Assembly (NCBI GenBank): GCA_023920165.1
Contig: CP089276.1
Location: 310,001-374,000, forward strand
Direction of reading: 5' to 3'
From: Curvularia clavata
Taxonomy: Eukaryota
DNA: 64,000 nt
Below, piece by piece: positions 37,513-49,595 of the stretch (within the stretch, counting starts at the first letter, position 1; every line of letters begins with the position of its first letter). The notes beneath the pieces were generated by a model, which saw nothing but the letters and a program-made list of their open reading frames with translations, searched no databases and was not told the DNA's origin. The position numbers and the translations under genes are program-made.

Positions 37513-39152
37513 ATGAGACTTATCAAAGTCGATTATTGCAAATGTGAGGGCCCGAAACTCGAAGACTTCACCTTCCGTATGAATGACCTGCCTCGTTATG
37601 TGATTTTTTCCCATCGATGTAAGTTATCAGCAAACTCTCACATTGCCCCATGGAATAAGAAAGGAATCATTCATAGGCTCTCTTTCGTACCTCTGTCCTT
37701 CAGCCACTTAAATTTGCGCTCACATACCGTGAGACAGGGCTTTCACAAAATGAACATGGAGGAGATGTTACGTTCAAAGAATTCAACGATTCGGAGGATC
37801 AAATCAGACAAGCAGCTGCAATCAGAAATCCTGAGAAACGAAAAGCCGAAATAGAGAGGCTCGGCCTACGAACACCTGCATTTGATAAACTTCTTCGAGC
37901 GGTTGAAGTAGCCCGTGGGCTCTGGGCGAGCCACATCTGGATTGACAGCTGTTGTATCAATCGTGATAACAGTAGCGAGCTGACTGAGGCATTGAACTCA
38001 ATGTACCGATACTATAAAGAAGCCGATACATGCTTGGTTTATCTGCACGATTTTGGGGGGTCCTCGGAGCCATATGAATTCTCCAACCAGCAATGGTTCA
38101 AGAGAGGCTGGACGCTTCAAGAGCTCATTGCGCCTAAGCGAGTCAATTTTTACAACCAAAATTGGGAATTTATCGGTACACGTTCTGAGACCGCTATCGC
38201 TGAAGCTATATCCAAGGTCACCAAAATACCAAAGGAGGCTCTCGATGGAAGAATTCCACCTTATGAGTATTCAGTGGCACAACGAATGTCGTGGGCCGCC
38301 AACCGAGATACCACACGCGGCGAAGATATGGCTTACAGTCTTTTTGGACTTTTCGATGTCAATCTTACGCCCATATATGGGGAAGGTGCTCAGAAAGCTT
38401 TCCTTCGGCTCCAGGAAGCGATTCTGAGCAGCACGAACGACATGTCGCTTTTCGCCTGGACATCGAACGAGACCAATGAAGAGTATCGTGGTATTCTTGC
38501 CCGCTCGCCGAAAGAATTTAGAGAAGCTGGGAACCTGGTTCACCGAAAATTTCTGGGCCCAAATCCCGAGTTCTCCATGACGAACAGAGGTCTCAAGATC
38601 ATGCCTTTGCTTTCCAAGCGGCGAGATGATACCTATTTTATGCCACTGAACTGTGCCGAAAAGCGAAGCGACTCCGCGCAGTCCCTGGGTATCATCCTCG
38701 CGAAACGAAGCCCTAGTGATGAGCGATTATATAGATACAAGCCAGCAAAGCTTGCACCTTTCGACAATACTTTCGTCAACAAAGATTACAGGTTTTGGCT
38801 TAGACAAAGCGAAACACCAATATATATTGTTCGAAATGAAAGAGTTGTTCGACGCGAGAGAACCGTTTCGAACGAGAAAGTTGTTCCAACAAACGAGAGA
38901 CTTGTTCCAAGCGAGAAAGCTGTTCGAAACGAAAGAATTGTTTTAAAGGCGAGAACTACCCAAGACGAGAGAATTGTCCAACGTAAGAGAACCGGTCGAA
39001 GGGAGAGAACGGCTTCAAACGAGGAAGTTGCTCAAAACGAGGCATGGGAAAGTGCGCTGATTACAGAGGTGTCATCATGGCTGGAAAAACCTTTGTCGGG
39101 GGACACTGCAATGGAGCTATCGAAGGCCGGGCCGCGCGATCCCGAACGATAA
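37513..39152 (+). CDS. HET-domain (heterokaryon incompatibility, HET-E N-terminal-like) protein with C-terminal hexapeptide repeats (intron 37619-37737)
   Basis: MRLI...PRYVIFSHR|W...VTFKEF...IWIDSCCINRDNSSELTEALNSMYRYYKEADTCLVYLHD...WFKRGWTLQELIAP...SVAQRMSWAANRDTTRGEDMAYSLFGLFDVNLTPIYGEG...AFLRLQ. Confidence 0.92.
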
Positions 39153-40317
39153 CGCAGATGAACCTGGGCAAGCTGATCTAGCCCTCCATCCGCAGCAGCG
39201 TAAACGTTGTAATTACAATACCGAAATAAAGTGTAAGCTCCTTGTGTAGAGGCTCCGGAAAGCCAAAGATAGAGCTAAGAGGGCAATTTGAGAATTGGCT
39301 CTTGGGGGAAACATCTCGAACATGGTGATTGAAAGTATTTTAACTCCATTTTTGACAAACAATTGCTAGGTGAACAGTTGTGCGTACAAAACGTTCATTG
39401 ACGCCATGCTGATTATAGCATTCGTCATGATGGGGAATATAATGGTAATGCCGACAATCACAGCAAAGTCAAATGGCTGAAAGAAGCCAGGTCCAAAGTC
39501 GAATTAAAAGACACAGATTTTGCAGTCAGAAACTTGAAATCCAAGCATGGACACGTCGACAAGCAGTAACTTCACCACTCCGATTAATTCGAGAAACAAT
39601 CTATATACTATCATTCACCATGAGAAAACAACAATTGAAGCGGATCAATGCCACTTTTGTAATGAGTATAACTATTTGTAAAAAAATCTATTCCAGTTGA
39701 AATAGTGACTACTGCAATGTCATGAGCCCAGGCACTGATAAGGGCACCATTATGCTTACAGAAATTTCATTGGATCTCTCTATGCCACAACCACCACACC
39801 CTCATTGTAGCCAATCACTGTAGCCAGAAAAGTCAAAGCAGATACATACCATCGTTACGAATTTTTAAAAAAGCAAATTAAGACATTGACCTCGTGATGT
39901 CGTAAACCGGGCACAACAAGGATGCACTAGCAAGCAGTGCCAGTATCACTCCAATTGATCTGGGGGACCTGTATATCCCATCACTTACAAATCACAGTAA
40001 TTGGAAAAAAGAAAAACACCGAAACACCCGAGTAGACGATTCCAATAGTCAGATGATGAAACGACGGATTAAAAATATTTACTAGTTAATTTCATGATCT
40101 CATAAGCCCGAGCACTTCGCGCCAGATCCGTTTGGAAAAGCCCCGTCCATCCGTCGTCCATGTCTTGCATGCTTATCGATGCCAAGGCCCCGATGCCACA
40201 ACCCACCCATGCATGACGGCATGTCATATCCGTACATACATGCACATATGCTTACCAATGGTTCCGAAGGAAAGAAAAAAAAGAAAGGAAAAAGACTCAT
40301 GTACAAGCATGCCAGGA

Positions 40318-41057
40318 CTAAGCCCTAGTGGAGCCACGTCGAGGACCCAAGACGTCCTCTAGGAGATCGTTCCAAATCTGCTTGACCATGCCCTCGCCCT
40401 CGCCCTCTTGTCTGGCGCTCGAAAAGCTGTTGCTGTTGCTGCTGTTGGATGCAGTCTGGTACCCGAACTGATTGTTGTCCGAGGTATCCGACAGCACGGC
40501 GGGGGAATGGATATGCGTGGTTTCGGCAGCAACCGTGTAGATGGTAGGCATCATGGGCACCTGTTTTCAAAGGCAAACACACAGACGTAAGCAGCTGGCC
40601 TCGGGGGGTTGTGATTGTGCTTTTAGTAGCGGGACCCAATGGGACGTACCACACCCTCTCCCTCAGCAGCATGGCCCTGGACATCGGCCCACGGCAGAAT
40701 AGGGACGCGGATGCCGAGGGGCGCACTCCTCGTCTCCGGGTCGAAGTCGGGGATGTAGGCAAAGTCCAGGGTGCTGCTGTCGCCGACAGACTTGTGGCTG
40801 CGAGAGGTATTGAAGCGGCGGATCTTGTTGTTGATGCCCGTTGTCTCGGTGGAGTCGGAGACGGGGTTGGAGAACTCGCCGGAGAGGCGGATGGGGCCTC
40901 GCGGGCGGTTGGAGACGTAAGGCTTGTCGGTGGTGAGGAGGGAAGAGGAAGAGGTCGCGCCGGTCATGGACAGATGGCGGACAGTGAGGCGGGGACCGAG
41001 AAGGCGGGGACCCGTGGCGAGAGCGCAGAGAGCGCGGGTAGTGGTTTTTGAAGCCAT
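40318..41057 (-). CDS. Conserved-type fungal hypothetical protein with probable mitochondrial presequence (intron ~40561-40649)
   Basis: Arg/Ser/Leu-rich N-terminus lacking acidic residues; RRFNTSRSHKSVGDSSTLDFAYIPDF...IRVPILP; exon 2 PTIYTVAAETTHIHSPAVLSD...IWNDLLEDVLG. Confidence 0.8.
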
Positions 41058-41067
41058 TTTGAGAGGG

Positions 41068-41099
41068 GTGATGTGATGTGATGTGATGTGATGTGTGAT
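41068..41099. repeat. (GTGAT)n pentanucleotide microsatellite in a 5' UTR
   Basis: gtgatgtgatgtgatgtgatgtgatgtgtgat immediately upstream of the ATG at 41057. Confidence 0.85.
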
Positions 41100-42487
41100 T
41101 TAGGATGAGAGGAAAGAGAGGTGCACCGCAGATGGGGGGCGAGGCAACAAGGTATATGTAATGGCACTTGCCAGAGGGGAAGCAGGTGGCTTAATAACGC
41201 AGGTGTCGCAAGCCAAAGTCGGGATCGGGAAATAACAAAAGCCAGCAAGTCTCGGAGTATGCCGGAGAATGCAGGTGTGTGTTGTTATCGGGCTGATGTG
41301 ATAAACAGGTGTTTGTTGAGGAGCAGCGGAAACGATGGATGGATGGGATGACAGCTGAGCAGACTCGCGATGGTGTGAGGGGAAAGCAGTCCCTTTAACC
41401 CGCTCAGCCTCAGGTCAAGTCGTGCTAACAGCCTCAAACTGTCAGATTGTCTTGGCCCCAGGGCATCTGGGTCGCCCTGCACAGAGCGGTCAGTGTGCTG
41501 TACGACGACTCAGTCGACCCCTCAGTTGTTCACTTCATAACGACTGGATAGCTCGGGGATGCATCAGCGGACTCCGACGCGCGCCTTGTATGGAAGGATG
41601 GAGCTTGGGACGTAGACTAGCCCTGATGCGGCTTAGTACACTTCCCAGGCCAATGGACGAGCCCCACTATAGTATGCCCAGCACCTCTCCCCGCACTTTT
41701 GGTCGCAGCAACCGCGGGCCTTGAACGAACCATCTCAGGTCACAAACACGCCGTCCGGCTTCAGATAAGCAATCGCCCGTGGCAAACCGTTCGCAGCGTC
41801 AAGAACTACAAACTGCTTTTGCAAACCCCCCATCCAGTCGCGAGACCGTGGTGCTAAAATGTCGGTGTGGACACGAGGGGACCTGGTTCAACGCACACTT
41901 GGACAGGGGGGATCGCCATAGGCCTAGCGATGTCGGCTCCTTCCCGCAACCATGCACAGTCACTCGTTGCGACGTTATGCCTATACCATCGGCTCTCCTC
42001 CACCCAGTCAAAACACACGCCCTGCTGCCACTCTCTCTCGCCCGCACGAATGAGGCGACCGCTCCCCCCTCCCGTCAAGACGTCAGATGCAAAAAACGGC
42101 CCTTGTTCCGCCGCCTCCCACTCGCCTCGTCATGACGGCACCATGATGGTAACGTGCATTGCTGCAACCACCTGTCGACGACGATGCAACTGCAGCCCAT
42201 CGAGCCACGCCGCGTGTTTGGACAAGCCCAACAACGTTGCACAGACAAACGGACCCCCATTTTCCTGTCGACCAACAACAATACATGCGCTTCGACATGC
42301 TCGCAAATCGCAAGGTCTGCCCAAACGAGTAAAGTGAGGCTGGGGCCCGTCCCCAACGACTTGAACGTGCCCCACCAGTGCCTGGCGAGTACTTGGCCGG
42401 ACGGGAGGTTCCGCTTGACGTGCATACAGCTCAATTATGTCGAGTACTTGTACGTTGTAATTCAAAATTTCTTCGTCAAATCAGATC

Positions 42488-42588
42488 GGCCTGATGGTCT
42501 AGTGGTATGATTGTCGCTTCGGGTTCTACACCTGGATACAGTGTATCTGTTCTGTGACAGGCCCCGGGTTCGAATCCCGGTCAGGCCC
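42488..42588 (+). tRNA. tRNA-Pro (anticodon CGG) with 29-nt intron at ~42524-42552
   Basis: Acceptor stem GGCCTGA/TCAGGCC, A box TGGTCTAGTGG, anticodon arm GTCGC-TTCGGG^T-GTGAC, T arm CCGGG-TTCGAAT-CCCGG; 72 nt after intron removal; T5 run at 42596-42600. Confidence 0.95.
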
Positions 42589-42761
42589 TGGAATCTTTTT
42601 GCTGGGAGATTGCGGTCTTTTTGCTGTAGAGGAATCGAGAAAGTGGTGCTATAGGCATCTTTTTGCCTTTGTTCTCTTTTTTGGTGAGTCAGCCATCTCT
42701 TTGCTTTGGAGTAATGAAGGAAATGGCGCCGGAGGCATCCTTTTACTTTTATGCTCTTTTT

Positions 42762-43062
42762 GCTGAGATGGCGGTCTTTTTGCTCTTATTCTCTTTTCAC
42801 TTGGACTTCTAGTAGCTATTCTTTTTACTGTTCTTCTTTTTGTAAGGAACAGCTATCTTTCACTCATATTCTCTACTTTTGGTCAGCCTCCTGTCATCCT
42901 TTTGCTCTTGTCCTCTTCTTGCTGAGTATTAGCGGTCGTTCTGCTCTTGTTCTCTTTTTTACTTGAACAGTAAAAAGAATAGCTACTAGAAGTCCTTCTT
43001 TTTGTAAGGAACAGCCATCTTTCACTCTATTCTCTACTTTTGGTTAGCCTCCTATCATCTTT
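42762..43062. repeat. Imperfect ~162-bp tandem duplication containing a 31-bp internal inversion
   Basis: ttctttttgtaaggaacagc(t/c)atctttcactc...ttctctacttttgg...agcctcct..tcatc occurs at 42834 and 42996; 42803-42833 is the exact reverse complement of 42965-42995. Confidence 0.9.
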
Positions 43063-43520
43063 CTGAGCAATGGCGGTCTTTTTGTTCTGAGCAATCGAGG
43101 AAGCAGGGCCGTGGGCATGTGGTCGTCTTTTCTTGCACATCTCGAGCATGTTATTCCATGTGCTGTATTGCATTCACATCACACAGCTCACACTCCGCTG
43201 TTCAATAAGATTCAAGCACAAATGCATTCGTGGTATCTGTATATCAACCAAGCAAACAACACCCACGCACCGCCCTGCCCCAGTCAAACTCCTTTGTGTT
43301 GTTCAATCCCACGCCCAAGCCCAAGGGGGGTATAAAAAGGACCCTGCTTTCGCGCACCGAAGCAATGAAAGTGGTATATAAACGAAAGAAAACATGCAAA
43401 AGCAATATAAAAGGGGGCAACGAAGCGAAAAAAGATCAAGGCCGTGAATACGTGAAGAGAGCTCGTACAAGTCGGCCCTCAAAGACGGAGAAGCGAAAGG
43501 GGTAAAAATGTTCAAGGTCA

Positions 43521-45746
43521 TCATCGGCCGTCGTACGAGTCGCTGACCCATCCGTTGTTGTTGCCTGCGTACATGGGCTGCTGGTTGCTCTGTTGAAAGT
43601 CGTTTTCCTCTTCAAAGTACTCGCCTCCACTCGACGCGTCGAAGCTGCTACGCCCACTAATGTCTCCGTCTTCGTCAGGTGGGCCCGCGGGAAGCTGGTC
43701 CCACTGAATACCTGCGAGCGCAGGGTACTGTGCCAGAATGGCGGCCGGCAGGAATGGCTGTGGTGCTTGCATGCCGCCAGCCTGAGGGAACGGCTCGAAG
43801 CCAGACTGGCCGGGCATCATGCTGTTAAAGTTCTGTGCGGGCATTGGTGCAAACATGCCGTTCCCACTGTTCATCTGCTGGTTCTGGCCGTTCCATTCAC
43901 CCTTCTCCCGCGCCTCTTCTTCCAGCAAGGGTCGGATACATACACGACCTGCCTCGGATCGGAAGTGGCGACCCAGTGCGTCGGCACGGGCAAAGCGTCT
44001 GCCGCAACCCCAGCTGTTGCCGTCCTTGAGATTACCGCGGCAGACAAACTTCTTCTCTCCAGAGTGCAAGCCCTCGTGTCGCTTTCGGTCGTGCTGGCGC
44101 GCAAACGCTTTGCCGCAAACACTGCAAACAAAAGGACGCTCGTCCGTGTGCGTGCGCAGATGCGATCGAAGATTGTACGCTCGTGTGAAGCGCTTTGGAC
44201 AGAGGTTGCACTGAAAGGTCGCTGGGTGCTTTTGCGTGCGCTTCGGGTTTGAGCCATCAGCAGGCGCAGGCCTCGTTGGGTCTGCAAGATCCAAGATGTA
44301 GTCGCGGTTGGGCACGCTTGATGTAGACGAGCGGCGCGATGATTTTCCAGACGGAGAAGGAGAGCGAGATTTCGCTGCATTTGGAGACAAGGATCGGTGC
44401 ACTCCAGAGCCAGGCGTAGAAGCGCGCGAGCTGGCACTGCTGAAAGGATCAGATTTGGCACGAGACCTGTTCCTGCTGCGTGCTGCTTTTGTGTCAGCAT
44501 AGATAGTTCAATTCATGCAACCAAGCTGCTTACATCTGTCGGGAGGACTTAATGCGTCCAGCTGCGGTTCAGCCTTGGGCGGCTCGAAGCTGGCTTGTCG
44601 CGAGGGAGGCGCGAAGTCAATGTTGATTTCTGGGGGTGACATGGCATCCGCTTGACCAAACTCCGGCATGGGCTGGTTCAGTGAAGGGAATGGCTCCGAG
44701 TTCTGGCCAGCAAAGCCATTTACACCTTGGCCGTACGGGTTCATGCCTCGACTTAGGCCAAATGTCTCGGGCTGGAACTGCGGTAGTGCCTGCTGGTTTT
44801 GTGGCATCAGACGGGGCGAGATGTGCGGGCTGTTTGAAGCGCTGATGTGCGCATTGCTGTTGTTCAGGTTGAAGCGGTCGAATCCAGGAACAGGGTCCTG
44901 GAATAGCTGCGGGTCGTGTTGGGCGTGGAGAAGAGGCGACGGCTGGTCATTGTCGAAGCTGTCGTGCTGGTGCAGGTACGGAGAGTTGTGCGCCGAGGAT
45001 GCGACGTCCGAGTAGCCAGCGTCGCTGCCTCCTCTAGACCTAGGGCCCCTGAAGCTTGCGCCTGCCATAGGTCCCCATTCTGAAGTCTGACCGTAAGCGG
45101 CGCTTGGATCTAGCGATGTGTGTCGCGAATGGCCTGGCGATCGGAACGGGCCGTGAGCCATGTTGGGTGAAGCATGGGGGCTTGGACCTTGGGGGTTGTT
45201 CATATTGGGCAGCAGATGAGGCGGCGTGGGGGCGTTGTGTGGTGCGGCTGCCATCTGCTGCATGAGATCCGAAGGGTTGACCGACTGGTTCTGCTGCGGC
45301 TGCGTGTCGAGTATGTGTGGATCCAGCGTCTGCCCCAGGTACGAGTTCTGGCCAAGGTCGTTGGCCTGGAAGAAGTTGAAGTCGGAGTTGTTTGCGGCGG
45401 ACAGGTCGAGGGGGTCAGGCGAGATGTTGTTGCTGCCTTGGGGGCCAAATTGCGGTGTGTTGCTCTGCGAGAGGCTCTGCGAGAGGCTCTGCGAGGCCTG
45501 CAGGAAGCTTGCGTCGGAAAAACTAGGCTGCTGCGAGAAGGGCTGGCCTTGGGTGGTGGTGAGGAACTGGGCGCTGTTCAACCCCGCGCTGGTGACGGCG
45601 TACGAGGAAGGGTCCTGGATGGCGTCGAAGCCCAAAGCGCCCGAGTGCTGATGCTGGAAGGGCGCCGGTGGGCCGGGCGAGGGAGAGTGGTCTTTATGAG
45701 CATGCTGTCCAGCCGAAGGGGAGCGCCCCCGTTGCTGAATGTCCAT
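43521..45746 (-). CDS. CRZ1: Calcineurin-responsive C2H2 transcription factor Crz1/CrzA (intron ~44483-44533)
   Basis: Zinc fingers [65 protein letters not shown]...[22 protein letters not shown]; PxIxIT-type docking site PEINID; Ser-rich region. Confidence 0.96.
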
Positions 45747-47026
45747 GATGTACGGCTTCGCGTGTTCCTAACAATAGGTGGGATGTGGAGGAGGGTGCCC
45801 TGGAAGCCGCGCTTGGGCCCGCGTGGAGAGGTTGGAAGACACCAGGGAACAGGCACGAACGCTGAATGGCCGGAGAGCTGCCAGGAACGCGCAATGTACT
45901 CTCTTGACTGGCTTGACTGCTGGGGCTGGTGAGTGTGAAGGAGGCGCAGTGTTGTCGTCGGTCGCAGGACACAGCCCACCTCACGATGAGCAGTGGCTCA
46001 AAGTAGTCTAGCTCGCTATTATTAGCCCCGCGATGGAAATCCTACAGCAAGAGTTCCTTTGCAAATTCCTGTGTTTCAGTCACAGAGGACTTGAAACGTC
46101 GAGCCAGGCCAGCGGTTATGCGTTGTTCTCCAAGACGGCGGGTGGGGGTTGGAGAAGGTGATTACCCTTTGTCCGGGCGCGATTCGAGCCACTCAAGAGC
46201 GCATCCAGTACCAAGACAAGGCGCGCCGGCAGCAGACGAGCGTTATCGCGCAACAACGACCGCTTTGAGCTGACAACTTGTGATTTTGGGGAGATTTACT
46301 GTGCGCTTCAACACAGCCCCGGCCGCATACAGGTAATTAGGCTGCTGGTCTGAAAGAACAAGCGTGCATTTCGGCGGGCAATTGACTTGGCGCACAGTCT
46401 AACCAGCTAACAGCTGGAATAAGCCGTCGCTGTCAGCTGGGCAAGTGGCACCAAACCGTCCCAAAAGATTTGGCATCAGCTCGCCGGCGGCCAAGATGCA
46501 CGTGTCAAAACGCCTGATTAAACTTCACGGCCCTGTTGATTACACTGAGTCCTGAGTGCACTGCCTCGCTTGCACACAAGTCGCAAGGCACACTCGCTCA
46601 AGGCTGATTACCACGTCCCCACAATGCACCACGCCCTTATTCCGCTTTGGGCAGTTTCTGTGCGACATCTTTGCTTGTGTAGTGATAATTATAGCATCCT
46701 CTGTCCTCGGGCATTTACTTCAGGGAACAACGCGTATGCACACGTAATGATGTCGTCCATATGCTGCATCTACTACACAACTACACCCTCAAGACGCGAC
46801 GCTCGTCGGGTCGGTCGAGCCTTGGTATACCTGGTGCGTGCCCAATCCACTGTGTTGGCCTTGAATTGTGCCGCTGGTGGCCTAGTTCCGGCACCTTTTA
46901 TGTCATGGGAAAAGCCAACCACGCTGGGCTCCGTGCAAAGTCTTCCTGTATCATGGGTATCCTATGTAATGGCCTGCAAGAAATAAAACTGGCTCTGATG
47001 AAACTCTTGGTATACCTAATATCAAG

Positions 47027-49595
47027 TTATCCAAATTTCAGTCCCTGTGCAGGATTCCATCTCCCATCCTGTGGCGGACCACCCGAGGGCCGTGGATTGC
47101 CAGATGCTGTAGGGGGACCACCGAATCGGATCCCTACTTCTGGTGTCCACATGCCCGCAGATGGCGGCATGCTTGCCCTTGTGGGTGTTGGAGCAGTCAA
47201 TGGCTCTTCAGCATGTGCACTTGCGCCATAATTTGGATCCTGTGCGTCGGCTTGCTTCTGCTGCTTGAGCGAATTCGACGCTGCTTGCTGAAGGCCGAGA
47301 GAGCTCATCCGGGTAGTGAGGTCGCTGTCGATGGTTAGCATCTGCGGCGGATAATCTTCGACAACAATACCTACCTTTCTAGATGAGATGCTTCCGACTT
47401 GCGGTTGTATGCAAAAGTACGTGCATCATCCCGGAAGCGATTCACAATCTTGGCCAAATCATTGTAAAACTTCCGACCAACGTCGAGATTGGAGATGATC
47501 TCTTTATACTTGAAGTATGCATTCTCCAAGTTTTGCAAGGCCTGCTCGCGCTTCTTGGTCGACTGGTCTCCGCGACGAGCAATCAAAAAGGCAGCATTTG
47601 CGTCTTGCAGCCGCTTGATCGCCTCGACCTGTTCTCTCTCCTCTTCTTGAACCATGTCCAGGTCAGCGTCGTACATCTGCAGTCGCTTATCGAAAAGGTT
47701 CTCGAACTGTACAGCCTCAATCGTCTGCATAGGATACTCCCGCTCTAAGCGAGCGGCTTCGCGCAGCAGCTCCGGATCTCACTTCTTGTTAGGGCGTACT
47801 CAGCAAGAGGGTAATGAAACCTACTGATGTCATCCTGCTTGGCCTTGGTCCTCAGGGCCTCAATCTTCCGTCGCCGCCTGCTTTCCAGCCGGCTCACCTC
47901 ATTGAAACTGCCCCGCAGCTTACCAGCCTCACGTTCTACGTCCCCAGTAATGGCTGGTCTCCGACCACTAGGCACATAGTTCTCCAACTCGTGATCAGGT
48001 CCGCTGAGTAGCTTAATAAAGTGCTCGTTCTCCTGGAGCTTTGTTTTTACAATATTGTCACTGTTTGTTGCAGCCTTGAAGTAGCCATCGATTTCATCAA
48101 TCTGGGCGTAGAGCTTGGGTGCAGCCTGGGCGGCGGGAGGCCGAGTCCATTGCTCAGTACCAAATTTCCGGCGGGCAGCCTCGTCCTCTGCTGCTTCAGA
48201 CCGCAAAATGTCGACGCCTTCCTGGTAAATGGCTTGGTCGGTATACATCACTTTCTTGGTATCTTCCATGGAGCGTAGAAGCCGGTTGATGCCGTCTTGC
48301 TGACGAATCTCATCAGCGTGAGCAACAAGACCTGGCGGCAGGCCCAATGGTTTTTCCAAAGCTTGAAGCGATCCCGGCAGGTTCAAGCTGCGGAGTACCT
48401 CGTGGATCTTGTCTGTCAGCGCCTCCAATTGCTCGACAATCTGGCCATTGACCAGTCTGTCACGGCGGTCAACGTAGATGCTTGCTGCAAGGTGTACCGA
48501 GTATGGCACCAACTTGGAAAAGAGTGCAGGGCCAAGCTCGCCGTGCTCTCCCAGCATGGAGTTGGACTCGGCAATCTCCTTTGGTACTCTTGCTACAACC
48601 ATGTTCGCCCTGTCCAATATCTTGAGTTCCGCCTTTGGTGGCACAGGTAGTAAATAGATCATATCGTTGTCTTTCTCGGCGCGTTTTAGGTCCTCTGTGA
48701 TGCGATTCTTCAAGCCGTTTAGGTCAGCTAGCACGGCCTTGTTGATGTACCGCTGTTCCTTGAGAGCTTCGTTGACACAGGTTAGACTATCGCGCAGCCT
48801 TGCGACTTCTTCGCCGTACTTGCGCTTCTCCAGCGAGTCGCAAGCCGCGCGATACTGGGCAGCAGCAGCAAAGTGGTGATGCTTTGCCGTCATGTGGTGT
48901 ATCCACTCACTGCTGATTGCATCGGATTGTATTCCTGCATCTCCCGCTTCATTGTACAGGTCTGACACGCGCGCGGCTAGTTTTGCAATGGTTGCATCCT
49001 TCAGACCATCCTTGACAGCCTTTTGCCAGAAGCACTCCTGGGCCTGCGCTAACAGGAGCTTCTCCAAGCTTTCCAATGTCATAAGGTCCATGTCTTCCGG
49101 GGGCTCTGTCCGCAGCTCGGGTAAAACGTTGTTTCTCAGATGAGACAAAACACCTGCGCCAAGACAAAAGTTGTTGGCCGCGGCCTTCAAGCCATCCGGC
49201 GTGCTTCGATTCGACGACATGGCCAACTGCGAGTACATTGCGGCGAGATTGAACATGATGTTGGCGAGCTCGAAGCGGAGATTGTTGCGCGATGCCGGGC
49301 GGCTCGTGTTGTATCCCAGCGCAGGATACCAGGGAAACTCGACGCCGATGTCGATTGGGAACTTTCCACTCAGCCATATGAGCTGTGCAGCGTATTGTTG
49401 TAGCTTTGGGATATTGCTTGGATGGGCTTCTTGGGCGTGTATCGCGACGGAGCGGAGCCTTTCAATCGTCTCGATGTCCTTGGTGAACATGTCCGGATGC
49501 TGGTCATACTTGGAGGAAATGTATTGTTTGATGGCGTCGCTGAGGTTCACCGAGTGAGACCTCCGAAACGGGAGGAAGAGGATGTTGCTGGCCAT
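47027..49595 (-). CDS. palA: pH-response Bro1-domain protein PalA/Rim20 (introns ~47778-47824 and ~47325-47374)
   Basis: MASNILFLPFRRSH...FPWYPALGY...NLRFELANIMFNLAAMYSQLA...LAQAQECFWQKA...AEKDNDMIYL...LNLPGSLQALEKPLGLP...GRKFYNDL; ends WNPAQGLKFG. Confidence 0.93.

Noticed and set aside
37619..37737. Internal TAG...GTACCT in the HET intron suggesting a micro-exon or stwintron
   Set aside because: The 10-nt internal segment would shift the frame and has no good upstream branch point; a single intron restores the SHRW motif.
39153..39570. Possible extra exons or frameshifted continuation of the HET gene
   Set aside because: The frames are short and interrupted by stops; I could not build a consistent spliced model or see any NACHT/WD motif.
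42539..42553. tRNA intron segment resembling U2 snRNA (GTATCTGTTCT)
   Set aside because: The match is short, lacks the GTAGTA branch-pairing sequence and the rest of U2, and is explained by the intron's own hairpin.
43593..45932. Long plus-strand ORFs antisense to CRZ1 (and similar ones opposite metR, palA and the carrier)
   Set aside because: These are expected shadow ORFs of GC-rich, codon-biased genes.
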